Below, piece after piece: positions 38,110-47,250 of a stretch of DNA of 64,000 nt. The notes below the pieces were generated by a model. It was not told the DNA's origin. It made no database searches and saw only the letters and a list, made by a program, of their open reading frames with translations. The translations under genes were made by a program, and so were the position numbers. Within the stretch, counting starts at the first letter, position 1; each line of letters opens with the position of its first letter. The stretch is from NCBI GenBank assembly GCA_958296135.2, contig CATQHZ020000001.1, positions 544,001 to 608,000 of the forward strand. Reading direction: 5' to 3'. The DNA is from an uncultured Poribacteria bacterium. Lineage in GTDB: Bacteria > Poribacteria > WGA-4E > WGA-3G.

Positions 38110-39411
38110 ATGCGAATCGAACGCCTTGCGCCAAGACGAAAAACGCGAAGAAGACTGAAACGGCAACGGTGCCGCACCTGCCGTTCCGATAAAGGGAAAC
38201 GCATCTGTCCGGCACTTAACGGGATGCTTATCTGCCCGGAATGCTGCCGCGCGAAACGCGCCAAGATTCCGGGATGCGATGAGAACTGCCAATACTACAC
38301 GCCGCTCATCGTGACAAGCAAGGTGCATAACGCCCCCGAATTTCCGATGCACCGGTGCCTTGTCAGTCGCTCTCAGGACACCGGCATGCTCATCGTCATC
38401 GGCACGCGGAAACTGCCCGATGGTAATCTGAAGGCGATGTTTATCCTGCTCGACCTTTGGAAAAAGGGCATCCGCGACTGCTTTTTTGACGCGCATCTCT
38501 CTGAAAAGCAGTTTGAGCGCGTCGCACAAAAAATTGGCAAGCACCATAACCTGATGGCACCGCCAGAGCTGGACGACACAGATGAACTCGATGGGGAGAC
38601 GGACGTTCGCCTCCCGAAACATACCCTCGTCATTGAGGCGGATGCCGCAATACATAGAGATAAAGGCGTGAGAATCGTTCAGCACAGCGCGGCATCCGGC
38701 GGACAGGCGATTGACAGCCTGAAGGGCGCGCGCGCTATCCACGAAATTTACATCCCCAAAACCGGGAAATGGTATGTCTGGCTACGTGTGCTCTTTGAAT
38801 ACAGCAAAGATTCCTATTGGCTTGGGATGGACGACGCGACACCGCACCCGTGGAATAGCGAAGGCGGCCCGGGGGCAATCAAAATTTATGCGGAACCCGA
38901 TGACGCTTCCAAGTGGGGCCGCTGGCTCTGGGATTCCGGTGTCAACAACGCGCACGGCATCAGCCCTTGCTTTTTTGAGGTGAAACGGACCGGTTATTAT
39001 CAACTCTGGTCGAAGGGGCGGGAGGCAGGGTCGCGATTAGATCAGATTTTGCTCACGCGCGCGCGGAATTTTAATCCGCAAACTGAGACAGAAGGGAACC
39101 CGCTGCCAACGCTGCTAGCACCGCACCCTTATGAGCCTATCGCACTGCACGAATGCCAAAAGTTAATTCGGCACGCCGTGGACATTGCAACCGCCGTGAA
39201 GACGGAATTGCCGTGGGAATTCAAATATTGGCTTCGAGATATGTGGGGCGACATTACGCAATTCCCGAAAACGGAAGGGTCGCTCTATAAATGCCCGAAG
39301 TGCGGCGCAGAGCTGCCGCAACAGGCGGTAGAGCTCATGATGCAGCACGCACAATCCGATGACATTCAATTCTACATTTTATGCCGAAAGTGCGGAGGCG
39401 AATTTGATTGA
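38110..39411 (+). CDS. Cys-rich zinc-finger protein with an inserted CBM/galactose-binding-like domain
   Basis: N-terminal CxxC..C..CxxCC..CxxxC; central IEAD..ASGG..YVWLR..GRE..LDQILLT; C-terminal CPKC/CRKC. Confidence 0.65.
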   Translation: MRIERLAPRRKTRRRLKRQRCRTCRSDKGKRICPALNGMLICPECCRAKRAKIPGCDENCQYYTPLIVTSKVHNAPEFPMHRCLVSRSQDTGMLIVIGTRKLPDGNLKAMFILLDLWKKGIRDCFFDAHLSEKQFERVAQKIGKHHNLMAPPELDDTDELDGETDVRLPKHTLVIEADAAIHRDKGVRIVQHSAASGGQAIDSLKGARAIHEIYIPKTGKWYVWLRVLFEYSKDSYWLGMDDATPHPWNSEGGPGAIKIYAEPDDASKWGRWLWDSGVNNAHGISPCFFEVKRTGYYQLWSKGREAGSRLDQILLTRARNFNPQTETEGNPLPTLLAPHPYEPIALHECQKLIRHAVDIATAVKTELPWEFKYWLRDMWGDITQFPKTEGSLYKCPKCGAELPQQAVELMMQHAQSDDIQFYILCRKCGGEFD

Positions 39412-41674
39412 TTTTTTTCTATTGTGGAAAGCGCGCGGAGGACAGCGGACATCTCTGCTGGAAGATGGACGATCAGGAAAACCTGAGCGTCTTGACAGGC
39501 GTGACCCCGCAGAAATGAAAACGTTTCGGCGTAACGGCCCCCGCGCTACGCACACGCTAAATATTTTGTGTCTAACGGTACTGTTAACAGTGACGTTGTT
39601 TGCAGCGGTTTGCAGTGCCGCGCCGCCGAATCCGTATCGCTTCTTTAACGTAGATACGGTGACAGGCGAATTAGTCCCCAAATCGCCTCAAAGCAGGGCG
39701 CGCTTTCTGCAGGCCCTAGACGGATGTTGCCTCGCGAGGCAGCAAAGCGTCTTGCAACCCGACGGCATTGAATATGTGCTTGCGCTAAAGGTCGATTTCG
39801 TTGACATGCCCGGGCGCCGGAGCGGTGCAGAACTCAATCAATACCTCTTTGCCACAGCAGGAGTCTCCTTGAAAACCTATTATCGGGAGAACTCTTATGG
39901 ACAAATGGATATCCAGCCGGGCCCGGCGGGCGGCGTTCTGCCAGCGGGAGACAAGTGGGTGCGTGCCAAAAATCCGATGTCCTATTACGGCGCGGGGCCC
40001 AGCAACTTTAACCTGCATCGCTATCGGGAACTCATCCAAGAGGTGTGTCAGGCAGTGGATGCCAGCATCGATTTTTCGCAATATGACCGGGATGAGGATG
40101 GCACCGTAGATCACGTCTTCCTTATCCATTCTGGGAATGACCAGGCGACCTCGGGGGTAGCCGATGACCTCTGGTCCAACTTAACGCCGAACGTGAATCT
40201 CCTCCTTGATGGTGTGCTGATTGACACCGTCGTTGTCGTCGCGGAAGAACCCGATTTCGTGAAGCCGCATTTAGGCATCTATTTCCACGAATTTTTCCAC
40301 GACTTCGGCGCGCCAGACGTTTACGGCTTCAACTGGCCCGATGCCCGCGACCACAAATGGGGGCTCATGGGTGCCTACGGGCCCTATCAGGGCCCCGAAG
40401 TTTTCGGGACTGGAAACGGACTCGCACCGAGTCATATCATGGGCTATCTCAAGTGGGATTTCGATGCGCGCCCGGAGAACGGCCGCGTCGGTTGGCTCGA
40501 ACCCGTGACGATTACACACAACACGCATCTCACCGTGCCAAGTTTTGAAATTGGGCCGAAAACCGATAAGGTTTTCAAAATTGACATTCCTCCGAGGGTT
40601 GAAGGCGCGCGGGGGACAGGCCCCCGCGCCACGGAATTCTTCTTGATAGAGAACCGTTACAAGGCCTCTGGGGCGATGTATGATACCCATCTGCCGGAAT
40701 CCGGGATTCTGATCTGGCATATCGATGAGACGTTCGTGCGTCCCCTCGGTAGTTACGATGCCTCGCAACAGATGTGGCTTGAAGATCCGGCAGACCCCGA
40801 GCACCTTGGGCTCGCCGGCGGCGAGTTGGATTTTATTGACATAGAGACGATTACCGACGGTGCAGCTTACTCCGCTGACGATGGCCAAATCGCCTTTACG
40901 CCCGGCACGTTGCCGAACAGCAACGCCAACGATGGCACGGTTACCGGCATCTCCATTACGCATATCGGTGCCGAGGGGTTCGCCGTGCCACTGCAAATCG
41001 CGTTCGGCGATATGTCCGAACCTAACGATACGCTCGCGACGGCCTTTCCGATTCAATACGAGCAGCTTTACGCATCTTTCCTTCTCGACGCGAACGATAC
41101 GCGCGATGTCTATCAACTGGAGGCGTTCCGGGGTGTCACGATTCAGGTAACGTTGATGGGGATTTCGCCTGGGCGCGAGCCTCGCCTCTTTTTCGTCACA
41201 GAGCACGATGAAACGCCGCTCGGCACGGTGCAGCAGACATCTACTGGCTTGCAACTCCGCTATCAACCGGAGGCAACAGGCACGTTTTACCTAGTCGTGG
41301 CATCCGATGGCGGCTACAGCGGGGCGGCTGCCTATCGTTTGCAAGTGGTGCAGCTGGTGCCGGAGACGTTCGCGTTTGCAGAGACGCGCGTGTATCCAAA
41401 TCCGCTGCGCGCGGGAGAAGCGCCGATGAAGTTTGACTATCAGTTGTCTGCTTCGCAAGCTGCGGATACCGTGCTGCTTGAAATTTGGACGCTCGCGGGC
41501 GACAAGGTTTACAGCGATGCGCATCGCAATGTGTTTGCGCCCGGAACGTTTCAATGGCACGGTGCGAACCGCGAGGGCGCGCCGATTGCATCGGGTATCT
41601 ACATTTATCGCCTCTCCGCCACGCAAGCCGATGTGAACGTTCAGGAAATTGGGCGGCTGAGCGTCATCAAATAA
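39404..41674 (+). CDS. M6-family (immune inhibitor A-like) metalloprotease with PPC and FlgD-like C-terminal domains
   Basis: GGAGG RBS with TTG start; YYRENSYG, DFSQYD, HEFFH..PD, WGLMG, FLIENR, EPND, VYPNP..SGIYIY. Confidence 0.85.
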   Translation: MIDFFLLWKARGGQRTSLLEDGRSGKPERLDRRDPAEMKTFRRNGPRATHTLNILCLTVLLTVTLFAAVCSAAPPNPYRFFNVDTVTGELVPKSPQSRARFLQALDGCCLARQQSVLQPDGIEYVLALKVDFVDMPGRRSGAELNQYLFATAGVSLKTYYRENSYGQMDIQPGPAGGVLPAGDKWVRAKNPMSYYGAGPSNFNLHRYRELIQEVCQAVDASIDFSQYDRDEDGTVDHVFLIHSGNDQATSGVADDLWSNLTPNVNLLLDGVLIDTVVVVAEEPDFVKPHLGIYFHEFFHDFGAPDVYGFNWPDARDHKWGLMGAYGPYQGPEVFGTGNGLAPSHIMGYLKWDFDARPENGRVGWLEPVTITHNTHLTVPSFEIGPKTDKVFKIDIPPRVEGARGTGPRATEFFLIENRYKASGAMYDTHLPESGILIWHIDETFVRPLGSYDASQQMWLEDPADPEHLGLAGGELDFIDIETITDGAAYSADDGQIAFTPGTLPNSNANDGTVTGISITHIGAEGFAVPLQIAFGDMSEPNDTLATAFPIQYEQLYASFLLDANDTRDVYQLEAFRGVTIQVTLMGISPGREPRLFFVTEHDETPLGTVQQTSTGLQLRYQPEATGTFYLVVASDGGYSGAAAYRLQVVQLVPETFAFAETRVYPNPLRAGEAPMKFDYQLSASQAADTVLLEIWTLAGDKVYSDAHRNVFAPGTFQWHGANREGAPIASGIYIYRLSATQADVNVQEIGRLSVIK

Positions 41675-41730
41675 AATGTTGTTGATTAAAAATTGTAATT
41701 ATGATAATTTGTATTTGGCAATGCGTTTAA

Positions 41731-41900
41731 TAGGACAGGCGTAGAATCAACCCCGTAGGCGCGCGTTGTCAGCGCGCAACATAACCCGTGCGCGGTTGAA
41801 AACTGTTACGCCGATAGGTTGCGCGATTGCGTTGTCCCGCATCACGCCATCGCACCGACTCACCTCCCCGTGGAGAATTTTGGCACTTGCGTCTGTCCTG
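41731..41900. mobile_element. 170-bp MITE-like element (copy 2)
   Basis: taggacaggcgt...gcgtctgtcctg; internal similarity to 19471-19640. Confidence 0.55.
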
Positions 41901-42153
41901 CTTTCAAATCCCTTTAGGGGTGCAATGTTTATAGAGGTTTAATCTGTCGTCTTGACGTTGTCAAGACTTGCATAACTATTAAGACTAATACCAAATGAAG
42001 CTGATTCGTCTTGTATCTGTAGGGCAACCAGATCGCCGGATCTGGTCCTGCCTGTCATACAAGGAAGGGCTCGGTGCTATTCCCAGACCAGCACCGGGAT
42101 TAGGCGAGCCCGAACTATTTTGATTTATTTGGTATAAGGAGGCAATAGTATCA

Positions 42154-43209
42154 ATGAAGTTGTTCAATAAATTAACATGGCTGAATGTCGGCGCGCTGTT
42201 GGTGCTCGCGCTTGGCATAGTGGGGTGTGGTACATCCCTCGGCAGCCTGTCACCGATTCAACCCGTGAAGAATATAGCGGACGCGCAGATGTTGCAGAGC
42301 GAGAATCCGAACGAAGAGGTGGTTGTGCCGGCTGTTCCATCGGAGACGCTGGTTAAGCCGGTTCTCGATAAATATGGGTTGAAAACTGCGGGCTTCCGTA
42401 TCGGGAAGGCACGCGCTGCGAACATGCAGGCGTTAACCTACATTTTCGCGTTTGGCGAATACGCGCACACCGAAACTGAGTGGGCGAATTTCCTCAACGA
42501 ATGGGGTGAAACCAAAACCCAGATCGAAATGGGCAGCGGGGATGATGACAAGAAGGCCGTCGATGTCGTCCTCATGTCAGACTATCCGCAGCTCTTTGAT
42601 ATTCAGTCCAGGCAACCTATTCTCACCAAAACGGAGGATGGGATTACCGTTTCGATTGCCTATTGGCGGCGGCCAGATCTCGACCGGAAATACAACCGCG
42701 GCAACGCGTTTTCACCTTTTTATGAGACTGAGGCACTGCACCAAGGCGACAAAACGGATGTGTTTTATGTGAAGATTACCAACAATCGGAGCGAAAACGT
42801 CATCTTTGATGTCAAAAAGTGCCGCATCATCGACCAGGGTGAGAATATCTACTACGGGATGAGTTACAAGGACCTCCAGGAGCGGTTCACGTATATGGCG
42901 CGCGCGACGGGACTCTACGTCAAAAATGGCATGGAGACGGCGCGGCGGATTCTCATTGAGAAGCGGATGCCCATTGTTGAGAAACAGGTAGGCACGCGCC
43001 GCACTGGCATTCCCCCTGGCGAAAGCCGGGAAGGGTTCGTCCCCTTCGTGCAGACGAAGTTCAACGCGATTGAACTAAACGTGGTGCTGCCGATTGAAAA
43101 GGCCCCGCCCCCGGGCGGCGCGCAGCGTTACCAAACCGTTGAGTTTGAGTTCCCCTTTACGCACGATAGAGGGATCCGGGTGGCGCAGCCGTCGCCGAAG
43201 CGGTATTAA
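42154..43209 (+). CDS. Hypothetical lipoprotein
   Basis: AAGGAGG RBS, lipobox IVGC, 351 aa. Confidence 0.8.
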   Translation: MKLFNKLTWLNVGALLVLALGIVGCGTSLGSLSPIQPVKNIADAQMLQSENPNEEVVVPAVPSETLVKPVLDKYGLKTAGFRIGKARAANMQALTYIFAFGEYAHTETEWANFLNEWGETKTQIEMGSGDDDKKAVDVVLMSDYPQLFDIQSRQPILTKTEDGITVSIAYWRRPDLDRKYNRGNAFSPFYETEALHQGDKTDVFYVKITNNRSENVIFDVKKCRIIDQGENIYYGMSYKDLQERFTYMARATGLYVKNGMETARRILIEKRMPIVEKQVGTRRTGIPPGESREGFVPFVQTKFNAIELNVVLPIEKAPPPGGAQRYQTVEFEFPFTHDRGIRVAQPSPKRY

Positions 43210-43213
43210 GTAA

Positions 43214-43445
43214 ACTATCCAATCGTAAAGGCATGGGAAACTTTTGATAGCGGGTTCAGCAGACGAAACGGTTGACTACACTACGTCACGCCTTCGGGCG
43301 AGGACAAACGTAACAACTCGTGCGTGGCAGCCTGCTCCCCTGTCTAGAGCTGCGTTGTCGGTTTGTCGTCACAAACCGACAAGAGACTGCTGTTCGGTAA
43401 CCCGAACAGCATGCGCAGCTCGGGGACGGCTTAAGTCCCCACCTA
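43214..43445. other. Highly structured non-coding element of unknown type
   Basis: gagctgcg/cgcagctc stem enclosing two perfect hairpins; cgcc-ttcg-ggcg and ggggac..gtcccc hairpins. Confidence 0.5.
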
Positions 43446-43670
43446 GTCCCGATATGTTGGGGTAGGAGGGACATCCTTGTCCCGATGTCTTCCGAAGGAG
43501 GGACATCCCTACCTATAGGAGAGAAGCTGGCTAAGGTTTCCGCCACGTCTGAAGACTTGGGATTCTCTTGCTTCTTCGTTGATTTTCGGTAGGACGCGGG
43601 CTAACCCCGTGAGCGCGCTTTCCAAGCGCGTACTCTTACCTGGGCGCGGTGACAACCCGCGCCTGCGTCT
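43446..43670. repeat. REP cluster
   Basis: gtaggagggacatccttgtcccgat (same family as the 15186 array) and gtaggacgcggg...cccgcgcctgc. Confidence 0.75.
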
Positions 43671-43672
43671 GT

Positions 43673-45634
43673 CTATCCGGTCATAATTTTGCAATCGGGG
43701 AGGGACGCTAAAAACTGCTTGCCGTAACTCCCCGTTTTAATCCTCGGGTCGAGGATGACGACAATCCCCTTGTCAGTTTGCGTGCGGATGAGCCGTCCAA
43801 ACCCCTGTTTGAGCCGCAGTATCGCCTCGGGCAAACTGAATTCAAAAAACTCGTTCCCGCCGCGTTCTTTAATCTGTTTGACGCGCGCTTCCATCACCGG
43901 ATGCGTCGGCACTTCAAACGGCAACCGCGCGATGATAACATTGCTCAACGCCTCCCCACGGACATCGACACCCTCCCAAAACGTGGAAGTCCCGAACAGC
44001 ACGGAGTTCGTATTCTCGCGGAAGGCCTGTAGCATCGCAGTGCGTGAGAGTTCGCCGCCCTGTTTAAAAGCGTCAATCCCGAGCTGTTCTAGGTAAGGCG
44101 CGACCGCGTCGTAAACCTCGTCCATCATCTTGTAGCTGGTAAAGAGGACGAACGCTTTCCCATCTGTCATTTTGAGGTAGCGTTTAATCTCCCGAATCGC
44201 TGCTAGTGTAAATTCCGCTTTGTTGGGATGCGGCATAGAACGTGGCAGGTGAATCTCCACCTGTTGTTTAAAGTCAAACGGAGAATCCACGAGGAGTTCC
44301 CGAGAGCCGCTTATCCCTACCCGTTTTTTGAAGTAGTCAAAATTTCGGTTGGTAGCGAGCGTCGCGCTCGTCATTACAACGCTACTTTTCGCGGTGAACA
44401 GGTTATCGCGTAGCATCTTGTTCACATTCGCCGGTGTTGCATTGAGCAGGATGCGTGAGAATTTACCGCTGTACGAAATTTCTGCCCAGTAGACATAGTC
44501 TGGATCCGTTTGTCGGATGAGGGTGTCCAATTCGTCGCGGAGGCGTTCGCATTGGCGATAATGCGCCGTAATCTCCTGTTCGTCATCATCGTTTTGCGCG
44601 TCGTCGCTGAGCCGTTTCAGCGTTCGTTCGATGTCGGCAAGCGGGGCATCCAGCACGTTGTTGATAAAATTGCTTTTTTCAATTCGCTTGGTGAGGGTAT
44701 CGCCGCTTGCTTCGCCGATTTCAGCGATGATGTCGCCGAAAAGGATGTTCGCCTGCCTGCGCGCCTCGACAACCTGCACTACCAATTCCGTTGCGTTAAA
44801 CTGCTTCGCGAGGCCGCCTTCGCTGCGTTCATTATAGAGCGCGTCCAAGAGCCATTTGACTTGCGTGTTGCTGAATTCAAGGCTGGCATGTTTGGTGGCG
44901 GTTGCCTCCAGGTGGTGCGCTTCGTCGATGATGAGGTAATCGTAGTCGGGCAAAATCCCTGCCCCATCGTTATTCTTCCGGATGGCCAGATCGCTGAAAA
45001 GCAGGTGGTGGTTGACAACCAGCAGGTCTGCCTCACGCATTTCTCGGCGCGCATTGAAATAGAAGCATGTATCATAGGTGGGGCATTTGCGGCCGAGGCA
45101 ATTATCCCGGTCGGACGCGACTTTGTCCCAGACTTGGGGGAAGGGTTGCGTCGGCAGCTCTGCCCGGCTGCCATCTTCGGTGTGTTTCACCCATGCCACG
45201 ATGTCCTGCACCTGCTCTACCTCTTCCTGCGTGTCAAACAGTCCGCGTTCAGCCGCGAGCAGTGTCTGAAGTCGTCTTCGGGAGAGGTAGTTGCGCCGTC
45301 CTTTTGCAAGGACAGCTTTGAAATAGCGGGGGAGGACGCGCTGCAGGAACGGGATATCCTTCGTCATGAGTTGTTCCTGCAGGCTGATGGTGTTGGTGGA
45401 AATCACCACGGGCTGCTCCGTTTTGAGCGCGAGGGAGATGGCGGGGATGAGATACGCGAAGCTTTTGCCTACTCCGGTGCCGGCTTCGACGATGAGGTGT
45501 TCGGATGCCATGAAGGCACGGGCGACCTCGTGCGCCATGTGCAGCTGCTCGTGGCGAAATTCATAGGCATCAAGGTGCTGCGCGATAAGCCCACCGGGGC
45601 TAAAGATGTCTCTCAGGGTGATAGATTTTTTCAT
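43673..45634 (-). CDS. dinG: DinG/YoaA-family ATP-dependent helicase
   Basis: EAGTGVGKS, DEAH, SATL, LFTSY, FWEGVD, QGFGRLIR. Confidence 0.9.
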   Translation of the reverse strand: MKKSITLRDIFSPGGLIAQHLDAYEFRHEQLHMAHEVARAFMASEHLIVEAGTGVGKSFAYLIPAISLALKTEQPVVISTNTISLQEQLMTKDIPFLQRVLPRYFKAVLAKGRRNYLSRRRLQTLLAAERGLFDTQEEVEQVQDIVAWVKHTEDGSRAELPTQPFPQVWDKVASDRDNCLGRKCPTYDTCFYFNARREMREADLLVVNHHLLFSDLAIRKNNDGAGILPDYDYLIIDEAHHLEATATKHASLEFSNTQVKWLLDALYNERSEGGLAKQFNATELVVQVVEARRQANILFGDIIAEIGEASGDTLTKRIEKSNFINNVLDAPLADIERTLKRLSDDAQNDDDEQEITAHYRQCERLRDELDTLIRQTDPDYVYWAEISYSGKFSRILLNATPANVNKMLRDNLFTAKSSVVMTSATLATNRNFDYFKKRVGISGSRELLVDSPFDFKQQVEIHLPRSMPHPNKAEFTLAAIREIKRYLKMTDGKAFVLFTSYKMMDEVYDAVAPYLEQLGIDAFKQGGELSRTAMLQAFRENTNSVLFGTSTFWEGVDVRGEALSNVIIARLPFEVPTHPVMEARVKQIKERGGNEFFEFSLPEAILRLKQGFGRLIRTQTDKGIVVILDPRIKTGSYGKQFLASLPDCKIMTG

Positions 45635-45706
45635 ATTTCCTAGCGGTTGTCTAACTTTTCTGGTTACCGAGGGCTGGCTTATTCTACAGCCGCGAGACGC
45701 ATCAAA

Positions 45707-47074
45707 TTAATTTGGTACTAACGGGACAGTTAGTGTTTCGGTGCCATGGCTGCTTTTGACCTGGAGCACGAGCGACGATGCCTTGCGTCTCGCTTGGAGG
45801 AACGCGTCAAAAGCCTGCGCATCCGGAATCGGTTTACCGTTGACGGCCATGATGAGCGCGCCCCTGGGAATTCTGGCGTTGAATCCGGGACTGTTCAACT
45901 TCACGGCAACCACGATAACGCCGTTGTCCTGTTCGGAGAGGTAGGTGTATCTCTCAAAATCCCCTTTTTCCATCTTCCGCACTGCGAGTCCGAGCATTTT
46001 CCATGCGACAGAGTTATTTTCAACGGCTCTCCCTGTGAATTGGGGTGGCATTTCCGCGATAGTGACGGTGAGAATCCGCTCCACGCCGTTGCGCAGGAGC
46101 GTAATCTTCGATGCCTCTCCGACTTGTGAGTCGGCTATCAACATTTTAAATTCGTTGGAGTTTTGGACTTTTTTTCCGTTGTATTTTATGATAACGTCGC
46201 CGCGTCGCAACCCTCCGAGGGCAGCCGGGGTGTTCCGTGTAACGCGGCTCACGTAGATTCCCTCCGGCATGTCTGCCATGTTGATGCCGAGGAAGCCGCG
46301 GATGACTCTCCCGTTAGCAATCAACTGATTCCCAACTTTCTGGACAAGGTTGCTCGGAATGGCGAACCCTGCACCGGCGCGGACAGCTATGGGGACATCC
46401 GTGTTATCACTCTTGGGCTCAGTTCGCCGGATGAGCGCGTTGATGCCGATAACTTCGCCGTGGATGTTCAGTAGCGGGCCACCGCTGTTGCCGGTGTTAA
46501 TCCACGCATCGGTTTGGATGAAATCCTCGTAGCGGATGATTCCGCCTCTGTCATAGAGAAGCGTGCGTCCTTTGCCGCTGACAATACCGGTAGTTACCGT
46601 GTATGCCAATTGGAACGGGTTGCCGATGGCGATGGCGAATTGTCCCACGCGCACCTTATCCGAATCTGCGAGGCGTAGCACTGGGAGTTCTTCTTTCGCT
46701 GCGATTTTTAGCACAGCGATATCGGTGTTGAGGTCCGTCCCGACGATTTTGGCATCGAGTTCGCTGCCATCTCGCCGCTGAACTGTGATGCGTTGTGAGC
46801 CCATCAACACATGTTCGTTGGTGAGAATGTAGCCCTCTTTTCGGAAGATGAAGCCGGAGCCTTGTGAACTTCGTCTGGGGCCCAAGTACGCGCTGACTCC
46901 GACAATTGCGGGGGTGCTCCGTGCGGCGACGCTGACGAAAGCGTTTTCAATAGCGGATAACAGTTCCAGCTCTGTGGGTTGGCTTATGGTTTGTCCACAC
47001 GAAGCGAGCATCCCGTTCGTGCCGACGATGAGCATTAACAGAAAATAGTGGACGAAGGTATGTTTTTTCATCAT
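45707..47074 (-). CDS. DegP/HtrA serine protease with two PDZ domains
   Basis: LTNEHV, TDIAVL, GNSGGP catalytic triad; lipobox-like LASC. Confidence 0.92.
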   Translation of the reverse strand: MMKKHTFVHYFLLMLIVGTNGMLASCGQTISQPTELELLSAIENAFVSVAARSTPAIVGVSAYLGPRRSSQGSGFIFRKEGYILTNEHVLMGSQRITVQRRDGSELDAKIVGTDLNTDIAVLKIAAKEELPVLRLADSDKVRVGQFAIAIGNPFQLAYTVTTGIVSGKGRTLLYDRGGIIRYEDFIQTDAWINTGNSGGPLLNIHGEVIGINALIRRTEPKSDNTDVPIAVRAGAGFAIPSNLVQKVGNQLIANGRVIRGFLGINMADMPEGIYVSRVTRNTPAALGGLRRGDVIIKYNGKKVQNSNEFKMLIADSQVGEASKITLLRNGVERILTVTIAEMPPQFTGRAVENNSVAWKMLGLAVRKMEKGDFERYTYLSEQDNGVIVVAVKLNSPGFNARIPRGALIMAVNGKPIPDAQAFDAFLQARRKASSLVLQVKSSHGTETLTVPLVPN

Positions 47075-47250
47075 CAGAATGTCCTTCCCGGGCGGTAGAT
47101 AAGTTTTTCTCGCTGTAAGGCGAGGGACAGGGCATCGCCCTACGTTCCTTGGAGTGAGGCACGGCGAGGGCCAGTGGACATCTCTGCAGCGAGGCTGCAG
47201 AGATGCCAACGTTTCGACGTAACGCCCCTCGCCCTACGGGTAGTAGCAGA

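Noticed and set aside
44510-45643. 377-aa plus-strand ORF
   Set aside because: Antisense shadow of the DinG helicase.
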